Source: Candidatus Hadarchaeota archaeon
Lineage (GTDB): Archaea > Hadarchaeota > Hadarchaeia > Hadarchaeales > Hadarchaeaceae
Length of the DNA stretch: 64,000 nt
Direction of reading: 5' to 3'
Assembly: GCA_964514945.1 (NCBI GenBank)
Contig: CAZESD010000001.1
Location: 40,246 to 104,245, forward strand
The notes below the pieces were generated by a model. The model did no database searches and was not told where the DNA came from. It saw only the letters and a program-made list of their open reading frames with translations. Shown piece by piece: positions 28,510 through 37,262 of the stretch. Position 1 is the first letter of the stretch; every line of letters starts with the position of its first letter. Both the position numbers and the translations under genes were made by a program.

Positions 28510-29160
28510 GCTCAGCCAACGTTTCAGCTGGATCGAGCCCCCGCTGCTTGTAGCAGAATGTTGCAGGCTGCCGATCGGGAGACTAGAAGAGGCAACTGGC
28601 AGTTTCGAAACAAATTGATTGGAAGATTGATAGAACTCAAAGGAAAAACCCTTGGGATAATTGGGTTCGGGAAGATAGGTCGAAGAGTCGCAGAGATCGC
28701 ATCTAGTATCGGGATGAATGTCAAATACTATGACCCGTATGTTGTGGAACGGGGGGGAAGTTCAGAAAAGTGGGGTTTGAAGAGCTCCTCAGAACGTCGG
28801 ATGTCATATCGGTTCACGTCCCATTGACAAGTGGAACTCACCATCTGATCAGTGAAAGAGAGTTGGGGCTCATGAAGAACTCCGTTATACTCGTCAACAC
28901 ATCGGGGGGTTATAGACGAAAAGGCACTTGTTAAGTTTTTAAAGAGCGGAAAAATTCACGCTTTCGAAACCGATGTGTTTGAGGTGGAACCACCAGACCC
29001 GAGTTCCCCTCTTTTTACATTCGAAAATACGGTAATCAAGCCGCACATGGCAGCCTTCACGGGGGGGCATTTCACGATATGTCGGTGATCGCAGCGGAAG
29101 AAACGGCAAAAATATTGAAGGGCCTGCCCCCCAACCCGCTTTTTATCCTTAATAGGGGGG
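28510..29160 (+). pseudogene. D-isomer-specific 2-hydroxyacid dehydrogenase, N-terminally truncated and frameshifted three times
   Basis: NAD-domain 'GKTLGIIGFGKIGRRVAEIA', then 'FEELLRTSDVISVHVPLTSGTHHLI...ILVNTSGG', 'VIDEKALVKFLKSGKIHAFETDVFEVEPP...KPHMAAFTGG', 'AFHDMSVIAAEETAKILKGLPPNP'. These lie in successive frames. The shifts fall at G-runs 28751-57, 28904-09 and 29061-67. The N-terminal substrate domain is absent. Confidence 0.8.
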
Positions 29161-29363
29161 ATTGCAGAAAAAATCGGACGATTATAGTTCTTCTCTTTGG
29201 CGTAGATATAATATCCCCCCTGTCCATAAGAGGCGAGGCATCCTAAAAAGCAAGAATCAGGGGGTGAAACTCCCTGATAACCCCCGTCCTTCATCACCAC
29301 CCGCAAGGAATGAGGATTTCTGGCAAACTTTGTAAAGAAATCTTGAATTAATTAATGACTCAC

Positions 29364-30398
29364 TTAAGCAGGATCTCTTATTAACGGACAAGTCGCACAG
29401 CGTGGTCCTCCCTGAGCTTTCTCTAACTCCAGCATGTCATGTTTGATCACCTCGATCCCTTGTTTCTCAAGGGTCTTCGTGGTCTTATTTGATATATGTG
29501 ATGCAACAATCTTCCCTGGTCTAAGGACTAATACATTCACGTCGAAAACACCTGCGCCAGTTGGGATGATTTTGATCCCCAACTCCTTCAACTTTTCACG
29601 GAAACTATATGGCACGTAGGGATTGACTAAAGCTAAGTTTTTTCCAACCATACCTAAAAAGCCATCGATGTGAGTCTGATGGTCTGGAATGTCCATCCGG
29701 ATCAAATTTATTCCGAGAACCCTCAGTACTTCTTCAACTTGTCGTGCTCCCTCCTCGTTTGTTGCAGCACTGCGCCCTACAACTGCATTTTCCTCATTAA
29801 GAAGCGCAAAATTGCCTCCTTCAAAAACTCCTGTGCCATGTATGGTACGTAGTATCGGCACTCCTAAAGATGCTATTTTCTTAGCTACAAGACTTTCTTC
29901 TCCTCTTCTATATTTCTGGGCCATCCGGCATATTATTACTCCACCTTTAACAGCAACAGCATAATCTCTACTCATACAAGCCATAACATGACTACCAGGG
30001 GATACCGTCCCTTCCAGATTTATTACTTCAATTCCCTCATTTCGCATGATTTCTACTAACCTATCATGTTCTTCTTGCATTTTAGGTACATCAGGTAAAT
30101 CCTTACCGGGCCAAAGCCAATTACCTTCTGGATCATATCTCCATCCTACTTTTTCATCGTAAGGACTGTCCGCAGTAACAAATTTAAATTCCTCCTCTCT
30201 TGGTCTGTGAACTAAAACCACTCTTAATATACCTACCTCGTCTGATACCCCCCACTTTCTACCCCAGACCTGTTTTAGCATTTCTTCATCTTCGAACGGT
30301 GGCTCTGGTTTACTCCCAAATATTCCCTTCTCCATCCATAATCGCCAATTAGGATTAGAAGAATCCCAAGCAAAAGCACCTTTTTCTTCACTCATCAT
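29364..30398 (-). CDS. Amidinotransferase / arginine-deiminase-superfamily (guanidino-group-modifying) enzyme
   Basis: 344 aa. C-terminal nucleophile motif 'GGPRCATCPLIR'; 'FEGGNF' and 'HIDGFLGMV' are typical of the pentein fold. AGGAGGT SD. Confidence 0.65.
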   Translation of the reverse strand: MMSEEKGAFAWDSSNPNWRLWMEKGIFGSKPEPPFEDEEMLKQVWGRKWGVSDEVGILRVVLVHRPREEEFKFVTADSPYDEKVGWRYDPEGNWLWPGKDLPDVPKMQEEHDRLVEIMRNEGIEVINLEGTVSPGSHVMACMSRDYAVAVKGGVIICRMAQKYRRGEESLVAKKIASLGVPILRTIHGTGVFEGGNFALLNEENAVVGRSAATNEEGARQVEEVLRVLGINLIRMDIPDHQTHIDGFLGMVGKNLALVNPYVPYSFREKLKELGIKIIPTGAGVFDVNVLVLRPGKIVASHISNKTTKTLEKQGIEVIKHDMLELEKAQGGPRCATCPLIRDPA

Positions 30399-30522
30399 AC
30401 TAACCTCCTGGTATAATCTTCACTATAGGGTTTTATAAGAAGTTTGCGGCAAAAATTTTTTGATTAATTATTTGCGATATCACCAAAAATTGAGTCTTCA
30501 GGAGCGCATAGCTAAATACATA

Positions 30523-30966
30523 CTATAGTTTAAATTCCTCTATCCGTATTTTCTCCTGTCCGCCCATCCTTATCCTTTTTCCTATATCCGCGATTTTTTC
30601 AACTTCCCCTATCTCGGCGAAGACGTTGACGTCGACCGTTTGATCGACAGACTTTCGGGGCCGGCTCTTTCCGTAAAATATGCAGAAGGCGGTATGTCCT
30701 TTGCCCAACGAGGGCAGGGCCTGCGGGGATATGACCGCAACGTCTCCCGGTTTCACTTCGTTGGTTGAGTTTTCATACTCCAGCCTCCCAGAAATGGGAA
30801 ATTCGTTAAAAAATATTTCCTCCCCCGCCCACATGGCGTGAACCACCTTGTTCTCGACCGGCAAAGAAGCCAAAACCGCTCTGCACGTTCTGGGCGCCCT
30901 GTCTTCCAGTAATGTTGCGGTCACGCTCCCGCCGCGTTCGAACCTCAGCAATATCCGCCTAGCCAA
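30523..30966 (-). CDS. DUF3830-like cyclophilin-fold protein
   Basis: 147 aa, TTG start. 'ATLLEDRAPRTCRAVLASLP...HAMWAGEEIF...ENST...PGDVAV' follows the pattern I recall for DUF3830. Confidence 0.55.
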   Translation of the reverse strand: MARRILLRFERGGSVTATLLEDRAPRTCRAVLASLPVENKVVHAMWAGEEIFFNEFPISGRLEYENSTNEVKPGDVAVISPQALPSLGKGHTAFCIFYGKSRPRKSVDQTVDVNVFAEIGEVEKIADIGKRIRMGGQEKIRIEEFKL

Positions 30967-30977
30967 CTGCTATCCCT

Positions 30978-31178
30978 TCATATCATGTGCTCTGTCCTTA
31001 TTATAATCTGGTCCTGGAGGGCACGGGGGAGCTGGGTAAAACGGGCCTTCTTGATGAATGCACTTGCTCGCCTAAGGCGGCTGGGATCCATCTCTACGTC
31101 CTCTGGATTACCATGCCTCAGAACACATTCGACAGACATTCTAGAGTTTTTGGCCTCAGCTTCATCGTCGTTATCCAA
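30978..31178 (-). pseudogene. Duplicated 5' fragment of the beta-lactamase-like serine hydrolase gene (66-codon dead-end ORF)
   Basis: 'LDNDDEAEAKNSRMSVECVLRHGNPEDVEMDPSRLRRASAFIKKA' is nearly identical to the N-terminus of 39547..40710. At the nt level, 31046-31160 versus 40576-40690 differ at only a few positions. After that it diverges and stops 12 nt before the DUF3830 start. Confidence 0.7.
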
Positions 31179-31333
31179 AAGTATCACCTCCTTAAACCTC
31201 CCAGTTGAATATCTCGATGAGCGCGTCCTAGGAATTATGTTAGTAGTAGCTCGGTTCTTTAAATTTAATAAGATATCCACTCTTATAAAAATTTAGCTAG
31301 GTTGGAGGAAGGTGAAAATATACAGAGGTGAAA
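31151..31333 (-). repeat. Promoter/SD-leader cassette, copy B
   Basis: Same SD/start block, TATA block (31258-31272) and upstream 'AGGTGAAA' x2 (31310-31317, 31326-31333) as copy A. Confidence 0.7.
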
Positions 31334-31371
31334 GAATGAAACCTACAAGCATATCCGCAAAAAGGATCACT

Positions 31372-31449
31372 TTCCCCGATGATACAAGCAGTTAATCGCT
31401 AATAATGGCTTTGCCTTTTTATCAAGTACCGCCGGTTAAAGACTGTGGA
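31372..31449 (+). pseudogene. 3'-terminal remnant of a GH1 beta-glucosidase gene (copy 2, more decayed)
   Basis: 31393-31428 'TACAAGCAGTTAATCGCTAATAATGGCTTTGCCTTT' ([12 protein letters not shown]) matches 20728-20763 'TACAAGCAGCTAATCGCGAATAACGGCTTCACTTTC' ([12 protein letters not shown]). An in-frame TGA lies immediately upstream. Confidence 0.55.
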
Positions 31450-31541
31450 AATCCTTATCCCTAAAAGTGTTTTGAGGGGATTTAAGTTTAATTTCATCGA
31501 AAGTTCATAGATTTTGGGGAAAGAAGAGGGATTGATGTAGG

Positions 31542-32249
31542 ATGGCGAAAGAAAAAAAGGAAGGTCTGGTAAAGGACCTAGCCGAGAAAGCGAAACGAGG
31601 AGAGCTCAAACCGGAAGGGGCAAAGAAAGAGGTATTGAGAAGAGGGCTTCGCTACGTACAGTATAAACGGGGTTCATATAAATTCAAATACCACTTAATC
31701 TCCCCTCTTTTGGCGATACTCGGAACCGTTCTTTGCGTCCTCCCCTTTATAGCAAAGCAAACGGGATGGGGAGAGTTGAGTTCCTTCGCCCAGCTATCTT
31801 CGATAGATTTTCCGTTAATCGTGAAGATTTTGGTATTTGCCTTTTTCATTACCCTCTTTACTGTAGGGAGGTATGCATCACATTTAAGAAAGAAGAAGGG
31901 GGGCACCAGCGACAGACGCGAAACTATAATCTTCATCAGGGAAGGCCCGTACAAGATTATGCGACACCCAGAAGAACTCCCGTTCGCACTGATCCTTCTT
32001 TTTGTCACGATTGTCCTTAGTGGGGGGATCCCCTTTACCGTCCTTTCGATAATAGGCAACGTTCTTTTTTTCATCGGTTTTTACTACGATGCTAAGGGGG
32101 AAGACGAATTTAACGTGCTAAAATGGGGGAACGCGTACAGGCGGTATCAGAGGGAAGTCCCAATGTTTAACTTCATCTTGGGAATATGGAGATTGGCTGG
32201 GGGAAAAGAAAGGCAAAAAAGCGGGAAATTCGTTAAGGACAGCTCATAG
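31542..32249 (+). CDS. ICMT/PEMT-like membrane methyltransferase-family protein
   Basis: 235 aa with several TM segments. 'EGPYKIMRHPEE' resembles the GPY..VRHP.Y motif of isoprenylcysteine carboxyl methyltransferase-like proteins. Confidence 0.6.
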   Translation: MAKEKKEGLVKDLAEKAKRGELKPEGAKKEVLRRGLRYVQYKRGSYKFKYHLISPLLAILGTVLCVLPFIAKQTGWGELSSFAQLSSIDFPLIVKILVFAFFITLFTVGRYASHLRKKKGGTSDRRETIIFIREGPYKIMRHPEELPFALILLFVTIVLSGGIPFTVLSIIGNVLFFIGFYYDAKGEDEFNVLKWGNAYRRYQREVPMFNFILGIWRLAGGKERQKSGKFVKDSS

Positions 32250-32308
32250 AAGTAACTCACAAAATTCGGATACCTGTGTAAATAGTTTAGAAAAAAAATA
32301 AAAAAAGA

Positions 32309-32325
32309 GGGAGATTGTTTCTCCC
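32309..32325 (-). terminator. Intrinsic-terminator-like hairpin plus T-run downstream of the binding-protein gene
   Basis: The reverse strand reads GGGAGA-AACAA-TCTCCC followed by TCTTTTTTTATTTTTTTT, about 10 nt after the stop at 32335-32337. Confidence 0.5.
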
Positions 32326-32334
32326 CTTGCTTTT

Positions 32335-34170
32335 CTATACCCGCTTCGCAGCCAAAAGTGCTATTACTACGAGGACTACGACTCCAATGCCTATGTAAGT
32401 CCAAGGTATCTCTGCTGCTTCTTCCTCTTCTTCTTCTGCTGCTTCGAGACCCATTATTATCTGCGGGAGGTGTTGTTCTGCCCATGTGCACGTGGTTCCT
32501 GGACCTGGGTTATCAACGGTAGGCCAGTTAGTCCAGTAGGTTGTATTATATCTGCTCCATGTAATTTGGGTGTAGAGCGGTATGTACGGAAGTTCTGGGA
32601 CGACTATCGATTGTATTTCCTTAGCTAGTGCTATTGATTCAGTACTTCCGATTTGGACGGTCCACATCTCGTCGATCAATGCACTGACCTCGTCGTAGTT
32701 TGGAGATGCGGAGTAACCGCAGTTCCCCGGCGTCGCTGGTTCTCCCGCAAACAATGCGGCGTAGGCATTAACAGGGTACGCAGGTCCGATGGATGGGAAT
32801 CCGGCTGCCCAAGTAAAGTCCGACCAACAGAAGTCCTGTGCCAGCCAGCTGTCCACCACGACACCCCAATCCTGTATGTTTGACTCCGCCACTATTCCGA
32901 TGTCTGCGAGACTATCACAGATCAGCTCAGTCATCATATTGACATCCGTCCAGCCCGTAATAGTGTTTATCTGCCATGGACCTATTGGGTTCCCGTCCCA
33001 AGTCCAGCCTTCTTCAACGCTTCCTGTGCAGTGCTCCTGTAAGATTTCTATCGCTTTTTCTAAGTCATGTGGGATGATCTCTGCCCCGTATGTTTCTACT
33101 ATTAAGTCGGAATCAATGTATTGGTCTCCTAATGCTGTTTCGGGCTTAATGTACGATGCGGATGCCGGCGGGACAAGTCCTTCTTGGGACACCCAAGTTA
33201 TTTGATCTAGGTCGATGCCGTACGCCACAGCCTGTCTTAGCCAAGGCTCAGCGAGTTCGGGGTGCTCCGTGCTCTGCATGTTCGGAACCATGAATATGGA
33301 ACCAGCTGTGCAGAAGATGTTTCCATCTGGGTTCATTTTATCCCAAGTCTCTACATCGGGGTGGGTCATGACGTATTGGTAGGAGCCAGCTAGGAAGCCA
33401 TCGCTCCAGTCTATTGTCCCCTCATCAAAAGCGCTTTGCTGCGGCCCAGGGCCAATAAATACTAACACCATAACGTATTTCGGCTCTGGCTGGCCAAATA
33501 TCTCGTTGCCCCACCAATCATCGATTCTTTCAAACACGTTTCTAGTAAACTCTATAAGACATGGCGTATACGGGCCCGAGCCGTTTATATCGGCAATGTC
33601 CTCGTTCATAAACTCTGCAATTGTGTCTCCATATTCAGCCAAGATTGGTTCCCATCTTGCTTTGGGAAGTATCCGCGTAGTGGGCAGGGCATTGGGGACC
33701 ATGACGTTACGCTCTTTGCCAGGTGCCGCATTAAAGTGTACGGTTTTTTCATCAGCAGCTGTTATTGACTCTACAACCGTCGGATCTAATACACCAAGTG
33801 TCTCAAAGGAGAATACAACATCCTCTGCAGTTACCGGTGTACCATCGCGCCAAGTAGCCGTGGGTTGAATATCGACTATACACGTTGATCCATCGCTGGA
33901 CCACTCAAAACTTTCGGCCAACCACGGTTCTAGCAGACCCGTGTGATAACTGTACCAAAACAGTGGCATATACACTAGGCCCGAGAATCTGTTCATCGTG
34001 GGGCCGTAGGGATTAAAGCCCAAACCACAGTACGAGTCGTCACCGCCCATAGCCACTGTGTCTTCCCTTGGGAACTCTTGTTGGGCCTGAACAGTGCTAA
34101 TAGCAGTTACCGTTAGACTTATTAATATCAGCGGAATACTAAGTAAAGTGGCCAATTTCATTTTTTCCAT
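32335..34170 (-). CDS. ABC transporter substrate-binding protein, family 5 (Dpp/Opp type), with C-terminal membrane anchor
   Basis: ATG 34170 (GGAGGT upstream) in ORF 32335..34209. Signal peptide 'MEKMKLATLLSIPLILISLTVTAISTVQA'. C-terminus 'EAAEEEEEEAAEIPWTYIGIGVVVLVVIALLAAKRV' is an acidic linker plus a TM helix. Confidence 0.85.
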   Translation of the reverse strand: MEKMKLATLLSIPLILISLTVTAISTVQAQQEFPREDTVAMGGDDSYCGLGFNPYGPTMNRFSGLVYMPLFWYSYHTGLLEPWLAESFEWSSDGSTCIVDIQPTATWRDGTPVTAEDVVFSFETLGVLDPTVVESITAADEKTVHFNAAPGKERNVMVPNALPTTRILPKARWEPILAEYGDTIAEFMNEDIADINGSGPYTPCLIEFTRNVFERIDDWWGNEIFGQPEPKYVMVLVFIGPGPQQSAFDEGTIDWSDGFLAGSYQYVMTHPDVETWDKMNPDGNIFCTAGSIFMVPNMQSTEHPELAEPWLRQAVAYGIDLDQITWVSQEGLVPPASASYIKPETALGDQYIDSDLIVETYGAEIIPHDLEKAIEILQEHCTGSVEEGWTWDGNPIGPWQINTITGWTDVNMMTELICDSLADIGIVAESNIQDWGVVVDSWLAQDFCWSDFTWAAGFPSIGPAYPVNAYAALFAGEPATPGNCGYSASPNYDEVSALIDEMWTVQIGSTESIALAKEIQSIVVPELPYIPLYTQITWSRYNTTYWTNWPTVDNPGPGTTCTWAEQHLPQIIMGLEAAEEEEEEAAEIPWTYIGIGVVVLVVIALLAAKRV

Positions 34171-34309
34171 TTTATTACCTCCTTTTTTGTTAACACACTC
34201 GATACTCATTTCTTCGTTATTTAAAGGTTGTGGACTTTTAGTAAATATTATTAAAATAAAGCCTTAATCTCGTCTGGAAACTTTAAAGGTATGTAAAATA
34301 AATGAAAAA

Positions 34310-35371
34310 ATGGGGGAAAACATGGGCATTAAAAAACTGTTAGCCCCGATTGAAAAATCATTTGCCAAAAGACCATTTGCTAGGTTTCTCACCAAGAAAC
34401 TACTTTTTTTGCTTATTGCTATTTTCCTTTCGTTTACCCTCTTGTTCATTCTTCCTTATCTTATGGCCTCAAATCCTGTGGACCTGATGATTACTCGGCT
34501 GTCACAATATCAGGATGTTACCAGATTAGAAGCCCTGCGTGAGCAATATATTGCATTATTTGGGTTAGATAAGCCTCTCATCGATCAGTACGGTCTCTTT
34601 TGGAACAGAGTTCTAACCATGAATTTCGGGCCCTCAATTGCTTACAACATGCGGAGCGTAGGATCCTTAGTTGGAAGAGCTTTAGTTTGGACGTTAGCCC
34701 TTATCATCCCCGTGTTAATACTTACAGTCATAGTCGGTAATTCTATAGGGGCTAGGGTCGCATTTTCCAAAAGTAGGTTTCTCCACGCCTTTTATACCTT
34801 CGCGGTGTACCTGAATTCGTCGCCCTATTATTGGTTTGGATTGCTTCTCGTGTTCGCCTTTGGGATTCACTTAAAATTGTTTCCTATTTACGGGGGGTAT
34901 TCTCCGTTTGTGATACCTTCTTTTAGCCTTACATTTTTCCTAGATGTGGCATACCACTGGGTTCTACCATTTCTCTCTCTGTTCATTGCGGGTATAGGTG
35001 GTTGGGCTATGGGCATGAGGGCAATGACGATTTACGAGAGGGGATCGGATTACGTATATTACTCCGAACAGATGGGCTTTACAAAAAGTAAATTAAGAAA
35101 GTATGCGCAGAGGAATGCTATTCTACCCCTGATTACTGGAGTTCCAGCATATTTCGGCACCCTTGTAGGGCAGACCCTGCTGGTTGAATATGTTTTTGGG
35201 TGGCCAGGACTGGGAACTCTAATGTTTGAGTCCGTACATGCCATAGATTATCCCCTAATGCAAGGCATTTTTGTGTTCACAGTGCTTGTGGTGTTGGTTG
35301 GTAACTTTTTGATAGACATACTTTACGGCTTTATAGACCCGCGTATCCGGACGGGCTATGTGGGTGGTTAG
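34310..35371 (+). CDS. ABC transporter permease (DppB/OppB-like)
   Basis: 353 aa, 6 TM, with a BPD-transporter EAA-like loop region ('YSEQMGFTKSKLRKYAQRNAILP'). Confidence 0.9.
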   Translation: MGENMGIKKLLAPIEKSFAKRPFARFLTKKLLFLLIAIFLSFTLLFILPYLMASNPVDLMITRLSQYQDVTRLEALREQYIALFGLDKPLIDQYGLFWNRVLTMNFGPSIAYNMRSVGSLVGRALVWTLALIIPVLILTVIVGNSIGARVAFSKSRFLHAFYTFAVYLNSSPYYWFGLLLVFAFGIHLKLFPIYGGYSPFVIPSFSLTFFLDVAYHWVLPFLSLFIAGIGGWAMGMRAMTIYERGSDYVYYSEQMGFTKSKLRKYAQRNAILPLITGVPAYFGTLVGQTLLVEYVFGWPGLGTLMFESVHAIDYPLMQGIFVFTVLVVLVGNFLIDILYGFIDPRIRTGYVGG

Positions 35372-35373
35372 CT

Positions 35374-36213
35374 ATGCCTACCAGAATGGAACTACTTGCG
35401 AAAAATCGGAAATTTAAAATCTGTTTAGCCATCGTCCTTGCCATCCTCGCTCTTGGAATTATAGGTCCATTTTTCACCCGAGATCCGTCAGAATGGCTTG
35501 CAGGTGACACGTGGGAACCTCCATCCTTTAAATTCTTATTGGGCACCGACATGGGTGGTAGAGATGTTTTTGCCCAACTTTGCGTGGGCATTCGTGATTC
35601 ACTTTGGGTGGGCGCTCTTGCTGGGGCACTCGCACTGGGAATTGCAATTTCAATGGGGGGGATCCTTGCGTATAAAAAAGGATTGATAGACGAAGGAGCG
35701 AATCTTGTTACAAATATATTCTTGGTTCTCCCTCAGTTAATTATTTTGGTAGTTATGGCCTCGCTTCTTGTAGGCAGAAGCCTAATCACAGTCGCGATAT
35801 TGATAGCACTATTCTCATGGCCTTGGATGGCGAGAAATATGAGATCTCAAGTTCTAAGTTTGAGGGAGAGAAAATTCGTGGATTTAGCTCGAATTTCCGG
35901 GAAAAGCGATTTTACAATAGTGGTGAAAGAAATTTTGCCAAATATGCTGGCATACGTTTTTTTGGTGTTTATTATGGCCACCGGCTGGGCCGTGGTAATG
36001 GAGTCTAGCATAAGTGTGATAGGTTTGGGGCCCACTACAGGTTTCACATTAGGAAAGATGCTTCGACTTGTTATCGAGTGGGATGCAATCAGACTGGGAG
36101 CATGGTGGTACTTCATCCCCCCCGGGCTCATTATAGTCATGTTCACTGGAACTCTTATGATGATTACTTCAGTTATCGATGACGTACTGAACCCTAAGGT
36201 GCGGACGGAGTGA
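35374..36213 (+). CDS. ABC transporter permease (DppC/OppC-like)
   Basis: 279 aa. 'FLLGTDMGGRDVFAQL' N-terminal OppC motif and 'DLARISGKSDFTIVVKEILPN' loop. Confidence 0.9.
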   Translation: MPTRMELLAKNRKFKICLAIVLAILALGIIGPFFTRDPSEWLAGDTWEPPSFKFLLGTDMGGRDVFAQLCVGIRDSLWVGALAGALALGIAISMGGILAYKKGLIDEGANLVTNIFLVLPQLIILVVMASLLVGRSLITVAILIALFSWPWMARNMRSQVLSLRERKFVDLARISGKSDFTIVVKEILPNMLAYVFLVFIMATGWAVVMESSISVIGLGPTTGFTLGKMLRLVIEWDAIRLGAWWYFIPPGLIIVMFTGTLMMITSVIDDVLNPKVRTE

Positions 36214-36272
36214 TAAATTTACTCGGGGATTGTTTATCGTGATAACTAAGAACATGAGGGGAGGAATAAAAA

Positions 36273-37262
36273 ATGAATAAAACTCTTCTCCAAGTCAAAG
36301 ACCTCAAAGGCTACTACAGAGGCACGTTTGGCGTCGTCCATGCTGTGGATGGTGTTTCACTTAAAGTCAGTGAGGGCGAAAGAATTGGTATCGCTGGTGA
36401 ATCTGGGTGCGGGAAATCTACCTTTGCGCAACTTGTCACCGGTACTACAACGCCCCTATTGCATTATGAGGGTGGCGAAGTCAAAGTCAATGGTTTTGAT
36501 GTCTGGAAGATTTCCCCCGAAAAATTAAGAAAAGATGTTAAATGTAAACTCATATCCTATGTGCCTCAAGCTATGTTAAATTCTCTAAATCCAGTTAAAA
36601 AAGTTAGGGAGTTCATTGCGGACATGTTAAAAGAACGTACTGGGCGGAAACACTCCGTCAATGAAGTCCGCGAAATGGCGGCCGACCATTTCGAGAGGTT
36701 GGGCCTAGATAAGCATGTTCTCGATGTTTATCCGCACGAACTCAGTGGAGGCATGACGCAAAGAGCTATCACGGCAATATCAACGCTGGCAAATCCGAAA
36801 CTTTTGATTACGGATGAACCCACCTCAGCCCTTGATGTGACCTCTCAGAAACGAATGATAGAACTGATGATAGATATACAGAGAAAGGGGATAATAAAAA
36901 GTCTTATGTGTATCTCCCACGATTTGTCCGCCCTGAATCAACTGTGCGATCGGATTATAATCATGTACGGTGGAAAATTCGTGGAAAGTGGAAAGATGGA
37001 CGAGGTCGTAAATAACCCTCTTCACCCTTATACTCGCGCGCTGATGGATTCTCTGTTGCCTCTCGAACGGCAAACAAAGAATAAATCGTTGACGAGTATA
37101 CCGGGGGTAGTTCCCGATCTGAGAAATCCTCCGCCCGGATGCAGGTTTCATACCCGGTGTGAAAAATTCATGGAGATATGCAGATCTAAGAATCCCCCAA
37201 CTATCGAGAAAAAAGGCAGAAGTGTTAAGTGCTGGCTTTACAGCAGGGGTCGATTGAAATGA
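36273..37262 (+). CDS. ABC transporter ATP-binding protein (DppD/OppD-like)
   Basis: Walker A 'GESGCGKST', signature 'LSGGMTQR', Walker B 'LLITDEPTSALD', C-terminal oligopeptide/dipeptide domain 'HPYTRAL...PPGCRFHTRC'. Confidence 0.9.
   Translation: MNKTLLQVKDLKGYYRGTFGVVHAVDGVSLKVSEGERIGIAGESGCGKSTFAQLVTGTTTPLLHYEGGEVKVNGFDVWKISPEKLRKDVKCKLISYVPQAMLNSLNPVKKVREFIADMLKERTGRKHSVNEVREMAADHFERLGLDKHVLDVYPHELSGGMTQRAITAISTLANPKLLITDEPTSALDVTSQKRMIELMIDIQRKGIIKSLMCISHDLSALNQLCDRIIIMYGGKFVESGKMDEVVNNPLHPYTRALMDSLLPLERQTKNKSLTSIPGVVPDLRNPPPGCRFHTRCEKFMEICRSKNPPTIEKKGRSVKCWLYSRGRLK

Noticed and set aside
28956-29306. 116-aa reverse-strand ORF between the dehydrogenase pseudogene and the pentein gene.
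   Set aside because: Its 3' half is antisense to the readable dehydrogenase frames. The remainder has no motif or SD, so it is treated as noise within decayed DNA.
31301-31371. The idea that the conserved upstream block of cassettes A and B is itself derived from the GH1 '[13 protein letters not shown]' coding region.
   Set aside because: My hand alignment gives only about half matching bases and no amino-acid correspondence. Copy A has the block without any GH1 tail.
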